Both the position numbers and the translations under genes were made by a program. Below the pieces are notes generated by a model that was given only the letters and a program-made list of their open reading frames with translations, had not been told where the DNA came from and did no database searches. Of a stretch of 64,000 nucleotides of DNA, positions 28,210-37,960 are shown one piece after another. The DNA is from Oscillospiraceae bacterium (GTDB lineage: Bacteria; Bacillota; Clostridia; Oscillospirales; SIG627), in NCBI GenBank assembly GCA_015063605.1, contig SVTV01000014.1, positions 3,038-67,037 of the forward strand, read 5' to 3'. Position 1 is the stretch's first letter. Every line of letters begins with the position of its first letter.

Positions 28210-28998
28210 TCAGAGTCTGTTTCTTTGCAGTAATGTTTTGTTTTGTTGGATATACTCTTCAAAGCCTTGATGATCCTCCGAGATAAGCCTTTCCGCCAGC
28301 TCTTTTTTATATTCCGTTCCGTATTTTGAGAAGCTCATTTTACGTATATTGTTTTCGGAAAGCATACGGGCTACCCAAAGAGGGATCGCATGGGAAAATT
28401 TAATTTCCATGAGCATCATATCTTCATCGATAAGTCTCACCTCGTGCTCCTTCGCCTTATCACGGCGGAATCTTTTTGCAATAATGTCATAGTCAAAGGT
28501 CAATCTCAAAGAAGGGTCATCATCATCGAAAAAAGCGATACGCTTATAGGAAAGGTACACCTTAGGCTTTACGTCGTTTGCCGAAAGGTATGATGCAAGC
28601 TCGTTGAATATCTGCTTATCAACGTATTTTTCTCTTTCGGGCGGAATACCCGTTGCAAAAAATTCTTCCACCTCGGAAAGCTTCATAGTAACACGCCGTT
28701 TCGTAACGATACCGTTTGTCTTCTTTTTCAACTCGAGGAAAAGGGGCGAATCGTCGTTCTGCGGCTCCTCATAAAATCTGAGACGCAATTTTTCCTTATG
28801 GTAGGGAGATGACAGCGAATACTTGATGACATCATCATTATCGGTATCGTAATAAACATTTCGTATTATATAGCCGGAGTCATCTGTACAGTAAGGATCA
28901 AGCTTCATATGCTCCGAAAGAATCGGAAGCAGAAGACGGTATTTTTCTTTTGTAAGAAGGAATTTTCTTTCACGTCTTATAAATGAATTCTTCGCCAT
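28210..28998 (-). CDS. VTC-domain (CYTH-like, polyphosphate-polymerase-type) protein
   Basis: 262 aa with GGAGA SD. 'RRERKFLL...', 'VYYDT' and 'KLRLRFY' are characteristic of the triphosphate-tunnel VTC domain. Confidence 0.75.
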   Translation of the reverse strand: MAKNSFIRRERKFLLTKEKYRLLLPILSEHMKLDPYCTDDSGYIIRNVYYDTDNDDVIKYSLSSPYHKEKLRLRFYEEPQNDDSPLFLELKKKTNGIVTKRRVTMKLSEVEEFFATGIPPEREKYVDKQIFNELASYLSANDVKPKVYLSYKRIAFFDDDDPSLRLTFDYDIIAKRFRRDKAKEHEVRLIDEDMMLMEIKFSHAIPLWVARMLSENNIRKMSFSKYGTEYKKELAERLISEDHQGFEEYIQQNKTLLQRNRL

Positions 28999-29017
28999 AT
29001 TTGATCTCCGTTAAGAA

Positions 29018-30052
29018 TTATGATCCGCTTTCCTCATCATCGGATGTATCGCTGTTTACCGAATTTGCTCTTGTGAATCCCGAAAGAGGATTTGCCTGAA
29101 CAGCCTCAGCCATCTGATGACTACTGACATGTGTATATATCTGAGTTGTATTGAGTTGTTCGTGTCCCAATATATCCTTGATAGTCCTTATATCGACCTT
29201 GCCGCTCTGATACATGAGAGTTGCAGCCGTATGGCGAAGCTTATGTGCGGATATTCCCTTTCCGCCGAGACCTGCCATATCAACGTATTTGTAAACTACC
29301 CATTGAACGGTCTTTACCGCTATTCTCTTTTTATTCCGGCTTATAAAAAGTGCATCCTTGGCTTCTTTTTTTATGTCCGGTATCTCGCTTCTGACCTTCA
29401 GGTAATCAAGAACAGCCTGTTGACATGCATCATTAAGATAGAGAACTCTTTCTTTGGAGCCCTTTCCCGTAACTCTTACCTTTGTATAATTGTCGCTGAA
29501 ATCACCGAGGGAGATTCCGCAAAGCTCCGATACACGCATTCCGCAATTAAGAAATAGAGTTATAATGCAGTAATTTCTTACAGCGTTCTTCTCATCGCTT
29601 TCCGCAGCTGTTGAAAGAAGCTCCACACTTTCCGATTCATCCAAAAACTTCGGATTCTTGCTTTTAAGATGAGGTGTTTCTATGTCCTGTGCAGGATCCG
29701 ATTTTATGGATCCTTCGTTTTTATAAAGGTATTTATAGAAGGAGCGTATTGAAGAAAGCTTACGTGCACGGGTCGCCGCTTTGTTATCAAGAGAATTTGC
29801 ATAAAAAAGATATTCGAGGATATCCATCTTCGATATTCTTTCAATAAGCTCCATCGTTACAAACGAGGAAAGCTCCTCGCAGGAAAGCTTTTCGTCAAGG
29901 GGACGTTTATTCTTTTTATTTGAAAGGTATGAGAAAAACACGGTCAGATCATAGGCATATGCATCCACCGTTTTAACTGCTCTGCCCTGTACTACTATTT
30001 TATATGTCACAAACCGCCTTATCGGATCCGGGAGAGTGTCGTGATCTATCAC
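29018..30052 (-). CDS. tyrosine site-specific recombinase (XerC/XerD-like)
   Basis: 344 aa with a GTG start and GAAAGGAAAGG SD. It has an N-terminal SAM-like core-binding domain, and catalytic 'HKLRHTAAT' and 'LGHEQLNTTQIYTHV'. The C-tail is acidic. Its stop lies 19 nt before the VTC gene. Confidence 0.85.
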   Translation of the reverse strand: MIDHDTLPDPIRRFVTYKIVVQGRAVKTVDAYAYDLTVFFSYLSNKKNKRPLDEKLSCEELSSFVTMELIERISKMDILEYLFYANSLDNKAATRARKLSSIRSFYKYLYKNEGSIKSDPAQDIETPHLKSKNPKFLDESESVELLSTAAESDEKNAVRNYCIITLFLNCGMRVSELCGISLGDFSDNYTKVRVTGKGSKERVLYLNDACQQAVLDYLKVRSEIPDIKKEAKDALFISRNKKRIAVKTVQWVVYKYVDMAGLGGKGISAHKLRHTAATLMYQSGKVDIRTIKDILGHEQLNTTQIYTHVSSHQMAEAVQANPLSGFTRANSVNSDTSDDEESGS

Positions 30053-30271
30053 TTATCGTACCTTTCCTTTCAATAATATAATTACCCGCATAATATTTTA
30101 TCATATTATTCATTACTTGTAAAGAGCAAACGAATTATTTTTTATACATAAGAATCGTAAAGATACAAAAAATTCATAGTAAACACATTGAAAAGTAACG
30201 TCAAATATTGTATAATAAATATACAGAGTTTACTGTACGAAAAAACAAGGAAACAAACGAAAGGATCGTAT

Positions 30272-30847
30272 ATGACATTTCTTAAAAACAATTCAAAGCT
30301 CATTATAAAAGCGCTTCTTTATCAGATAGTATTCTCCCTTTTCGGAAACATGATGGCATTAGGTACATTGGGTACTCCCTCTCTTTTCGTCGTAGGAAGC
30401 GTTATAATCATAGGTCTTTATATGTACATGGTATTTACTATGTACAACGAAGCGGGATTGAAGATCGCAGTATCGAAGAATAAATCGAACGCTCTTGTTA
30501 CTGCTGCTCTGACAGCTCTTATCCCCGCTGTCCCCTCACTTATCATGGGAGCCGCCTCTTGTACGGGAGATCTCTATTACATCGACGGAAGCTATACAAC
30601 GCAATATGCACTTCTCCAGCTTCAGAGACTTCTTTTCACGGGTGAGTATGTGGGAATATTCCAAAGCGTATTCCCCCCCGAGGTAACAAAGAATGCCGTG
30701 GGAGAAATAATGGAGAGCATTACGAATCCCTCTCAACCCTTGGCATTTTTCCTTGCGGTGCTCCCTCAGATCATCGTAAGCTTTACGGGAATGTTCCTCG
30801 GTCTCAAGGAGATACTGCTCTTCAAGAATCAAAATAAAGAAAAATAA
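30272..30847 (+). CDS. integral membrane protein, unknown function
   Basis: I prefer ATG 30272 (AAAGGA SD) over the TTG 30188 in the ORF track. The protein is about 191 aa with 4-5 hydrophobic helices. Confidence 0.6.
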   Translation: MTFLKNNSKLIIKALLYQIVFSLFGNMMALGTLGTPSLFVVGSVIIIGLYMYMVFTMYNEAGLKIAVSKNKSNALVTAALTALIPAVPSLIMGAASCTGDLYYIDGSYTTQYALLQLQRLLFTGEYVGIFQSVFPPEVTKNAVGEIMESITNPSQPLAFFLAVLPQIIVSFTGMFLGLKEILLFKNQNKEK

Positions 30848-30944
30848 TCTCAGCTTCACATAAAACCTTATTTTTTTCATCCGTAATTTTCAAATGTTCC
30901 GCGGCATAATATCAAAAAGAGTATTTATTTCGGAGGAACATTTA

Positions 30945-31784
30945 ATGAAGATACCATTTATAAAAAGACTGTCATACAGTATATCGCTTCTGATATTCGT
31001 TATCATCTATACAGTTTCCGCTGTGATCTTTTCTCTCTTTTCTTTCATTTCACTTGAGGATGGAAAGCTGAGCTTTACAAAGGGGCTTGGTGTATTCAAG
31101 GAGCTGTTCGACCGCAGCAATGATACGTTTTTTGATGCGTGCTTTTCAGGCGGCGATTTATCGGCACTCACGTCGGCAGACTCCCCCGCCTCATCAGAAA
31201 CGGGATATACTGTCATACTCGACCCCGGCCACGGCGGACCTGATCCCGGGGCAAACGGTATTACAGGTGAAGCCGAAAAGCATCTGAACCTTTCATTATC
31301 AATGAAAACGGCAGAATTCTTAAAGCTTTACGGAATAAATGTAATACTGACAAGAGACAGCGATATCTGGCTTGCGGATGAAAATGCCTCTCATAAAAAG
31401 CACAGCGATGTGACAAACAGAGTCAGATTCTGCAAGGAGCATGAAAACGATGCTTTTGTGAGTATACACATGAATTCCTTCCCTCAGGAAAGCTGCAAGG
31501 GAGCTCAGGTGTTTTACTCATCCTCGGAGGAAAGCAGAAGGCTTGCCGAGATCATTTCCGGTAATATAACGTCCCGCCTTCAGACGGATAACAAACGGCA
31601 GATAAAGGAAGCGGGAAGCTCCATATTCATTCTGGACAGAACAGATACATGTTCCGTGCTCATAGAATGCGGATTTGTTTCAAATTACGATGAAGCGGTG
31701 CTTCTTAACGACGATAAATATCAAAATAAGCTTGCTTTCATAATAGCGGGCGCAATCAACGAATATCTGAACACGAAACAGTAA
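30945..31784 (+). CDS. cwlD: N-acetylmuramoyl-L-alanine amidase, CwlD-like (germination-specific)
   Basis: I prefer ATG 30945 (GGAGGA SD). An N-terminal TM is followed by an Amidase_3 domain: 'ILDPGHGGPDPGA', 'SIHMNS', 'IECGFVSN'. Confidence 0.8.
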   Translation: MKIPFIKRLSYSISLLIFVIIYTVSAVIFSLFSFISLEDGKLSFTKGLGVFKELFDRSNDTFFDACFSGGDLSALTSADSPASSETGYTVILDPGHGGPDPGANGITGEAEKHLNLSLSMKTAEFLKLYGINVILTRDSDIWLADENASHKKHSDVTNRVRFCKEHENDAFVSIHMNSFPQESCKGAQVFYSSSEESRRLAEIISGNITSRLQTDNKRQIKEAGSSIFILDRTDTCSVLIECGFVSNYDEAVLLNDDKYQNKLAFIIAGAINEYLNTKQ

Positions 31785-31795
31785 GGATAATTAAA

Positions 31796-33241
31796 ATGGC
31801 ACAAGCAAAGGAAAAAATAGTATACGTTTGCTCCTCATGCGGAGCCGTATTCGACAAATGGAGCGGAAAATGCCGTGAATGCGGCGAATGGAATACACTT
31901 GAAGAGGAGATACAGAAGCCTGTTATTCCCTCCAAAGCTCCCCATGCCCGTCAGAGCTCTTCTCTTTTATCTTCCGCAGAACAGAAAAGCATACGTCTTA
32001 AGGATATTCCCGACGGAATGACAGACGGAATACGTATAAAAACAGGAATGCACGAGCTTGACAGAGCCTTGGGCGGCGGTATAGTCAAAAGCAGCGTTAT
32101 ACTTATCTCGGGTGAGCCCGGTATAGGTAAATCCACGCTTCTGCTTCAGCTGGCGGGATCATGCTGTACATCGGGTATGGATTCGCAATCTGCGGACGGT
32201 TGTCCTGACGGAAGAAGGATACTTTATGTTTCGGGAGAAGAATCCGCAGCCCAGATTAAGCTTCGGGCAAAGCGTCTCAATGTACAAAACGATACACTTT
32301 TTCTTTTCTGCGAAACGGATGCCGACGCTATTCTTGCGGAAATCGACAGCGTTAAGCCCGATATACTTATAATTGACTCGGTGCAGACTATTTTCGACAG
32401 ATCACTTTCCTCTTCATCGGGAAGCATTTCTCAAGTAAAGCAAATATCACAGCTTTTTATATCGAGAACGAAATCCTGCGATATGGCAACGGTATTGGTA
32501 GGTCACGTCAACAAGGACGGTGCTATAGCAGGTCCAAAGCTTCTTGAGCATATGGTAGATGTAGTTCTCCATTTTGAAGGCGACAGGACCAGATCTTACA
32601 GAATAGTAAGGGCGGCAAAAAACAGATTCGGTTCCACAAATGAAATCGGCGTTTTTGAAATGACAGGTGAAGGACTTGAAGAGGTAGGCGATCCAAGTAT
32701 GCGTCTTATTGAGGACACACCGAAAAATGTCCCCGGTGCCTGCCCGGTTTGTGTCATGGAGGGAACAAGACCTATAATCGCAGAGGTTCAGGCACTTGTA
32801 TCGAAGACTCCCTTCCCAACGCCGAAGCGCATAGGAAACGGTACGGATTTTAACAGAATGTCCATCATTCTCGCTATACTTGAAAAGAGACTCGGCATGA
32901 GGCTTTACGACAAGGATGTTTACATAAATGTAACTGGAGGTCTCAGACTTGACGAAACGTCTACCGATCTGGGAATTGCGGCGGCTGTGATCTCTGCCGC
33001 ACGCGACAAATCTGTTCCCGCTGATATGATCGCTATCGGAGAGCTTGGACTTTCGGGAGAATGCAGGGCGGTTCCCGGAACGGAGGCAAGAGTTGCCGAG
33101 GCTGTCAGGATGGGATTCAATAAGATACTTCTCCCCCAGCGCTCATATGAGAAGATGCGTTCGAAAAGCAATGAAAAGCTTCTCTGCCCCGTCAGAAGCA
33201 TATTCAATTTAAGCGAATATATCGGAAACGATCAAAACTAA
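31796..33241 (+). CDS. radA: DNA repair protein RadA
   Basis: 481 aa. Zinc finger 'CSSCGAVFDKWSGKCRECGEWNT', Walker A 'GEPGIGKSTLL', 'KNRFG', and a Lon-like C-domain. Confidence 0.95.
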   Translation: MAQAKEKIVYVCSSCGAVFDKWSGKCRECGEWNTLEEEIQKPVIPSKAPHARQSSSLLSSAEQKSIRLKDIPDGMTDGIRIKTGMHELDRALGGGIVKSSVILISGEPGIGKSTLLLQLAGSCCTSGMDSQSADGCPDGRRILYVSGEESAAQIKLRAKRLNVQNDTLFLFCETDADAILAEIDSVKPDILIIDSVQTIFDRSLSSSSGSISQVKQISQLFISRTKSCDMATVLVGHVNKDGAIAGPKLLEHMVDVVLHFEGDRTRSYRIVRAAKNRFGSTNEIGVFEMTGEGLEEVGDPSMRLIEDTPKNVPGACPVCVMEGTRPIIAEVQALVSKTPFPTPKRIGNGTDFNRMSIILAILEKRLGMRLYDKDVYINVTGGLRLDETSTDLGIAAAVISAARDKSVPADMIAIGELGLSGECRAVPGTEARVAEAVRMGFNKILLPQRSYEKMRSKSNEKLLCPVRSIFNLSEYIGNDQN

Positions 33242-33280
33242 ATAAAGATCAAGGTTAAATAAAGAAGGATAAAACGGAAA

Positions 33281-33964
33281 ATGAACACGGAAGTAATCAA
33301 AAAAGAGCTGATATCAAAAGGCACATACACATATGACGATCTTGTTGCGATAATGAGGATACTCCGCGGAAAGGACGGCTGTCCCTGGGATATGGAGCAG
33401 ACCCATAAAAGCATCCGCAACAATCTTCTCGAAGAGGCTTACGAAGCCGTCGAGGGCATTGATAATAGCGATCCCAAGATCATGCGTGAGGAATTGGGAG
33501 ACCTGCTTCTGCAGATCGTATTCCACTCTGTAATCGCAGAGGAAAACAATGAATTTACCGATACAGAGGTAATAACGGAAATTTGCGAAAAGCTCATAAT
33601 AAGACATCCTCACATCTTCGCTGATACTCAAGTTTCGGGAACGGGAGACGTTCTTAAAAATTGGGATAAGATCAAATATGAAACCAAGGGCATGAAAAGT
33701 GCCGCTGACATAATGGGAGGTGTATCAGGCGCTCTCCCCGCTCTCGTCAGAGCCCAGAAGCTGAAAAAGCGTTCCGAAAAGCTCAAGAGTGCCGGTGGAA
33801 CTTCCGAGATAGTATTTTCGGAGGAAGAAAAAGCCATGGGTGAAATCGGAAAACGCTTGTTTGACTTAGCCGCCGAGGCACGTGCCATGGGCATAGATGC
33901 GGAGGAAGCTTTGGAATTATACAACAAGGCTTTTCTCAAGGCGAATTCGGAAAAATCCCTTTAA
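33281..33964 (+). CDS. mazG: MazG-family nucleoside triphosphate pyrophosphohydrolase
   Basis: 227 aa. 'CPWDMEQTHKSIRNNLLEEAYEAVEGI' and 'EELGDLLLQIVFH' are MazG EExxE motifs. Confidence 0.9.
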   Translation: MNTEVIKKELISKGTYTYDDLVAIMRILRGKDGCPWDMEQTHKSIRNNLLEEAYEAVEGIDNSDPKIMREELGDLLLQIVFHSVIAEENNEFTDTEVITEICEKLIIRHPHIFADTQVSGTGDVLKNWDKIKYETKGMKSAADIMGGVSGALPALVRAQKLKKRSEKLKSAGGTSEIVFSEEEKAMGEIGKRLFDLAAEARAMGIDAEEALELYNKAFLKANSEKSL

Positions 33965-34176
33965 AAATGTTATAAAATCACAATTTTTTCGCAAAAGTCG
34001 CAAATTTTCAAAATAATTCCCTTAAATTGCGAAAAAACTATTGACAGGACATGTGATTTTGTGGTAAATTATAAGGGCACTTCCGCACCTTGCGTGCGGA
34101 TGACCTATTTATTTTTTATAACTGTATCTCTTACGCTTTGCGAAGAGGTGAACATAGAAAGGACTAAGTAAATTTT

Positions 34177-34473
34177 ATGAACAAAGCAGGACTTATAAGC
34201 TCCGTAGCATCCAAGCTCGGTATATCTCAGAGTGCGGCATCCGCATATCTCAATGCAGTATTGGAATCAATTACAGATTGTCTCGAAAGCGGAGACAAGC
34301 TTGTTATAGCTAATTTTGGCGCATTCGACGTAAAGACACGTGCGGCAGGTGTTGCAAGAAATCTTAAGACAGGCGAACCCATAAGCGTGGGAGAAACCAA
34401 ATCCGTATCCTTCAAGGCGGCTAAGGCTCTCAAGGCTGCTATTTCCGGATGCGAAGAAGACGCTGAGGACTGA
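34177..34473 (+). CDS. hup: HU-family nucleoid-associated DNA-binding protein
   Basis: 98 aa. 'MNKAGLISSVA...', 'FGAFDVKTRAAGVARNLKTGEPI' and 'SFKAAKALK' are present. Confidence 0.9.
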   Translation: MNKAGLISSVASKLGISQSAASAYLNAVLESITDCLESGDKLVIANFGAFDVKTRAAGVARNLKTGEPISVGETKSVSFKAAKALKAAISGCEEDAED

Positions 34474-34715
34474 TGAGACTCGATAAATTCTTAAAAGTAT
34501 CCCGCCTCATAAAAAGGAGGACCGTAGCCAACGAAGCCTGCGATAACGGCAACGTATCGGTAAACGGCAAGGTTGCAAAGGCTTCCTTGGATCTGAAGAT
34601 CGGTGATATCATTGAGATAACCTTCGGTGAAAAGTCACTTAAGGTCAAGGTAACGGAAATCGCCGAGCATGTTTTGAAAAACGATGCATCATCCTTGTAT
34701 GAGGTTTTGTCATAA
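34473..34715 (+). CDS. S4-domain RNA-binding protein (YabO/Hsp15-like)
   Basis: 80 aa with a TGATG overlap to hup. 'MRLDKFLKVSRLIKRRTVA' is the S4 motif. Confidence 0.85.
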   Translation: MRLDKFLKVSRLIKRRTVANEACDNGNVSVNGKVAKASLDLKIGDIIEITFGEKSLKVKVTEIAEHVLKNDASSLYEVLS

Positions 34716-34772
34716 AGCTCCATATCTCCGCGTATAATTTTATAAAAAGGATTATACACGGAGTTTGTTGTT

Positions 34773-35039
34773 ATGACAGGAATACAATCTATCAATATAC
34801 TTGACAGAAAGCGCCTTGAGACCAACGGCGTAAAGGACGTAAAAAGCTTCAACGAATCGGAGCTTGTACTTCTTATCGGAGATTCCACCGTATATATAGG
34901 CGGATATGATCTCAAGGTAGAAAAATTTTCCGTAGATTCGGGCGAGCTCGTACTTCTCGGAACGATCTCATCCTTGTACTTTTCCGACAATACCGATCCC
35001 GCCGAAAGACGCGGATTCCTTTCGAGAGTATTCGGTTGA
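34773..35039 (+). CDS. yabP: sporulation protein YabP
   Basis: 88 aa. The assignment rests on the YabP/YqfC-type sequence and the conserved position yabO-yabP-yabQ-divIC. Confidence 0.8.
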   Translation: MTGIQSINILDRKRLETNGVKDVKSFNESELVLLIGDSTVYIGGYDLKVEKFSVDSGELVLLGTISSLYFSDNTDPAERRGFLSRVFG

Positions 35040-35512
35040 GTATCATGGTGCCTCAGGAAATACTTCGGGATCTTTTCCCGCAGACCCCTATGGTGGAGAT
35101 CACCATCACAAGCGGATGTCTCTTCTTCGTCTATTCCCTTGTATTCGGATTTCTCATGGGTATGTATTATGAGCTTTTCCGTATACTGCGGAGGCTTCTG
35201 CCGGAAAATACGATAGCTGTCGTTGTTGAAGATATATTATTTTGTCTTTCTGTAACGGTACTTTATATCTGCCTTGTCTACTGTGCAAATTACGGCTTTA
35301 CACGGTCATATTCCTTGATCGCCGCTTTTACCGGCTTCTACTTATATTTGAAGACGCTGGGGGAGCTCATAAAGTGTATGCACGAAAAAATGACAGAGCT
35401 TATAAAAGGATTTTACTCAAGAATAAAGGAAGGATCGCAAAGATCCGTTAAAAATTTTAAGAAGTATATCAAATCCGGAAAATGCAAGAAGAGCCGTAAC
35501 GGCTCAAAATGA
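35036..35512 (+). CDS. yabQ: spore cortex biosynthesis protein YabQ
   Basis: 158 aa with multiple TM helices and conserved synteny. The start is either TTG 35036 or ATG 35045. Confidence 0.7.
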   Translation: MSIMVPQEILRDLFPQTPMVEITITSGCLFFVYSLVFGFLMGMYYELFRILRRLLPENTIAVVVEDILFCLSVTVLYICLVYCANYGFTRSYSLIAAFTGFYLYLKTLGELIKCMHEKMTELIKGFYSRIKEGSQRSVKNFKKYIKSGKCKKSRNGSK

Positions 35513-35820
35513 CCGGGGAGAGGAGCAAGCCTTCTATGAACGAGAAGCATAGGGTCGGTTTTTTTATAAAGATCGTTTTGATCTGTGTTACCGTATTCAT
35601 GGTCGTCAAGATCACTGACATGCACATGGAAATAAGAGATCTGCGTGAAGCAGAGGCATTGCTTCGTGAGCAGGTGGATATGCATGAGCTTTCCATCGAA
35701 GAATTGAAGGAACAGCTCAGACAGCCTCTCAATGAGGAAACTATAAAGAGATTCGCAAGAGAAAAGCTGAATCTCCGCGATCCCGGAGATATGCTCTTCG
35801 TAAGTGACTTGCCGGAATGA
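35509..35820 (+). CDS. divIC: septum formation initiator (FtsB/DivIC family)
   Basis: 103 aa. An N-terminal TM is followed by a coiled coil, and 'ARE.L.L..PGD' ('AREKLNLRDPGDMLF') is present. Synteny supports the call. Confidence 0.75.
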   Translation: MTGERSKPSMNEKHRVGFFIKIVLICVTVFMVVKITDMHMEIRDLREAEALLREQVDMHELSIEELKEQLRQPLNEETIKRFAREKLNLRDPGDMLFVSDLPE

Positions 35821-35854
35821 TCTTCGGTAAATCATAAGTTTGGTAAAGACTGAC

Positions 35855-37009
35855 ATGAAAGCAATAATAAACGCAAATATAATTACATCGGGAAATGACT
35901 TCCGTGAATTTTTCGGTTTTCTGACCTTTGAGAACGGTAAGATAATCTCACTTTCCCCGGGTGAATACACATCGACCGGAAATGAAGAAGAGATAATAGA
36001 TGCCGAGGGCTCATATCTCATGCCCGGTCTTATCGATGCACACACCCATCTCGGGGGTTTAGGTGATTCATTGGGATTTGAAAGCGATGATATCAATGAT
36101 ATCAACGATCCATGCTCTCCACATCTTTCTTCAAAGGACAGCGTAAATCCTCTTGACAGATGCTTTGAGGATGCAAGAAATGCCGGAGTCACTACCGTTT
36201 TGACGGGTCCCGGAAGCGCAAATCCACTTGCAGGCTCTTTTATAGCCGTAAAGACAAGCGGAAAACGCATTGACAAGATGATAATAAAGGATCCCTGCTC
36301 CATGAAAATGGCGCTTGGTGAAAATCCCAAAACATCATATCACGAAAACGATGAAACGCCCGAAACGAGAATGGCTACGGCAGCGATAATCCGCGAAGCG
36401 TTCAAGAAGGCGGAGCGTTATCATAAGAGCATTTTATCCGCAGAGGAGGAATCTGATCTTCCCGAATACGATGCAAAGTATGAGGCTCTCATTCCCGTAT
36501 TAAAAAAGGAAATACCTCTTCATATTCACGCTCACAGAGCAGACGATATCTTCACCGGAATCCGCATTGCCAAGGAATTCGGTCTTGATTACGCCTTAGT
36601 GCATTGTACGGAAGGTCATCTGATTGCAGATGAGCTTGCCGAGGAAGGCGTGAAGGTAATGGTAGGTCCTTTCCTTTGCGACAGAAGCAAACCCGAATTA
36701 AGGGAGCTTACGCCGAAAAATGCGGGTATTCTCGAAAAAGCGGGACTTGAGGTATCCATCATTACGGATCATCCCGTTATCCCCATTCAGTATCTTATTC
36801 TTTGTGCTTCCCTTGCCGTGAAGAACGGAATGAGTCGTGAGGGTGCTATACGCGCCGTCACATCAAATCCCGCAAGAGTTGCGGGTCTTTCCGACAGAAT
36901 AGGTTCCCTTGAACCGGGTAAGGATGCCGACTTTGCTCTTTACACAAAGGATCCCCTCGATATTTTCTCTGATGTAACTCAGGTATATATCAACGGAAAA
37001 AAGGTATAA
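35855..37009 (+). CDS. metal-dependent amidohydrolase
   Basis: I prefer ATG 35855. 'LMPGLIDAHTHLG', 'HAH' and 'GKDADF' are hallmarks of the amidohydrolase superfamily. Confidence 0.8.
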   Translation: MKAIINANIITSGNDFREFFGFLTFENGKIISLSPGEYTSTGNEEEIIDAEGSYLMPGLIDAHTHLGGLGDSLGFESDDINDINDPCSPHLSSKDSVNPLDRCFEDARNAGVTTVLTGPGSANPLAGSFIAVKTSGKRIDKMIIKDPCSMKMALGENPKTSYHENDETPETRMATAAIIREAFKKAERYHKSILSAEEESDLPEYDAKYEALIPVLKKEIPLHIHAHRADDIFTGIRIAKEFGLDYALVHCTEGHLIADELAEEGVKVMVGPFLCDRSKPELRELTPKNAGILEKAGLEVSIITDHPVIPIQYLILCASLAVKNGMSREGAIRAVTSNPARVAGLSDRIGSLEPGKDADFALYTKDPLDIFSDVTQVYINGKKV

Positions 37010-37013
37010 ACCA

Positions 37014-37859
37014 TTGAAAGTAATAAGTGAAAAGCAGATAATAGATACGGTTTCGGAGCTTCTCTCAAGCGTTAACTTTTCCTTGACTCCGGACGTGTCG
37101 GAATCTTTGAAATGCTCTGCACTTCGGGAAAGAAATCCTCTCGCAAAGGATATATTGAAGAAGCTTGAAGACAATCTTGTCTGTGCAAAAAAGAATAACG
37201 TTCCCGTTTGTCAGGATACGGGAATGGCTGTGGTCTTTTATGAGATAGGAATGAATGTTCATATAGATACGAACAGATCTCTCCAGAGTCTGACCGATGA
37301 AGCCGTAAAAAAGGCTTATACGGGAAGCTATCTCAGATTGTCAGTAGTATCCGATCCCTTAAGAAGAGTCAACACACAAGACAACACCCCTGCGGTCGTG
37401 TATACACAGCTTGTTGAGGGTGACACCTTCAAGGTGACCGTGGCTCCCAAGGGATTCGGAAGCGAAAACATGTCAAGGATCAGAATGTTCAACCCAACGG
37501 CTTCCCCGGATGATATCATATCCTTTATCACCGAAACGGTTAAGGAAGCGGGAAGCAATCCATGTCCTCCGGTGGTCGTAGGCGTTGGAATAGGCGGAAC
37601 ATTTGATTACTGCGCTTATCTTGCAAAGAAGTCTCTTTGCAGACCGATAGGCGAAAAAAACTCAGATGAGTTTTATGCAAAAATGGAAGAAGAAGCTTTA
37701 AGGCGTATAAATTCACTGGATATAGGTCCTCAAGGCTTTGGAGGCGACACAACTGCTCTTTCGGTAGCCATAACGGCATATCCGACACACATTGCAGGGC
37801 TGCCCGTCGCCGTAAATATAAACTGTCACGCCGCACGTCATAAGAGTGCCGTTCTTTGA
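37014..37859 (+). CDS. class I (Fe-S) fumarate/tartrate hydro-lyase, alpha subunit
   Basis: 281 aa with a TTG start. 'VCQDTGMAVVFYEIG' and 'PKGFGSEN' are typical of the N-terminal (alpha) domain. Confidence 0.85.
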   Translation: MKVISEKQIIDTVSELLSSVNFSLTPDVSESLKCSALRERNPLAKDILKKLEDNLVCAKKNNVPVCQDTGMAVVFYEIGMNVHIDTNRSLQSLTDEAVKKAYTGSYLRLSVVSDPLRRVNTQDNTPAVVYTQLVEGDTFKVTVAPKGFGSENMSRIRMFNPTASPDDIISFITETVKEAGSNPCPPVVVGVGIGGTFDYCAYLAKKSLCRPIGEKNSDEFYAKMEEEALRRINSLDIGPQGFGGDTTALSVAITAYPTHIAGLPVAVNINCHAARHKSAVL

Positions 37860-37960
37860 ATCGAAGCGGAAATGACTATAGTTTAAAAATCTTAATCAGG
37901 AGATAATAAGTCTGAAAACAGATCTTTCAGATTTATCTACAGAAAGGAAAGGTAGAAACC

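Noticed and set aside
25280-30052. tRNA-Thr plus tyrosine recombinase as the boundaries of an integrated genomic island
   Set aside because: I found no direct repeat of the tRNA 3' end near 30053-30270 or elsewhere by eye. The recombinase is distal to the tRNA and appears operonic with the VTC gene. The far side continues with conserved housekeeping and sporulation genes. This is not supported without comparative data.
30673-30679. C7 homopolymer inside the 30272-30847 membrane-protein gene as a phase-variation tract
   Set aside because: The tract is short, encodes Pro-Pro in frame, and the gene is intact. There is no evidence of slippage without population data.
32150-32230. Insertion after the RadA Walker A motif ('SCCTSGMDSQSADGCPDGRR') as a possible intein or mobile insertion
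   Set aside because: It is only about 15-20 residues, far too short for an intein, and is more likely a lineage-specific loop.
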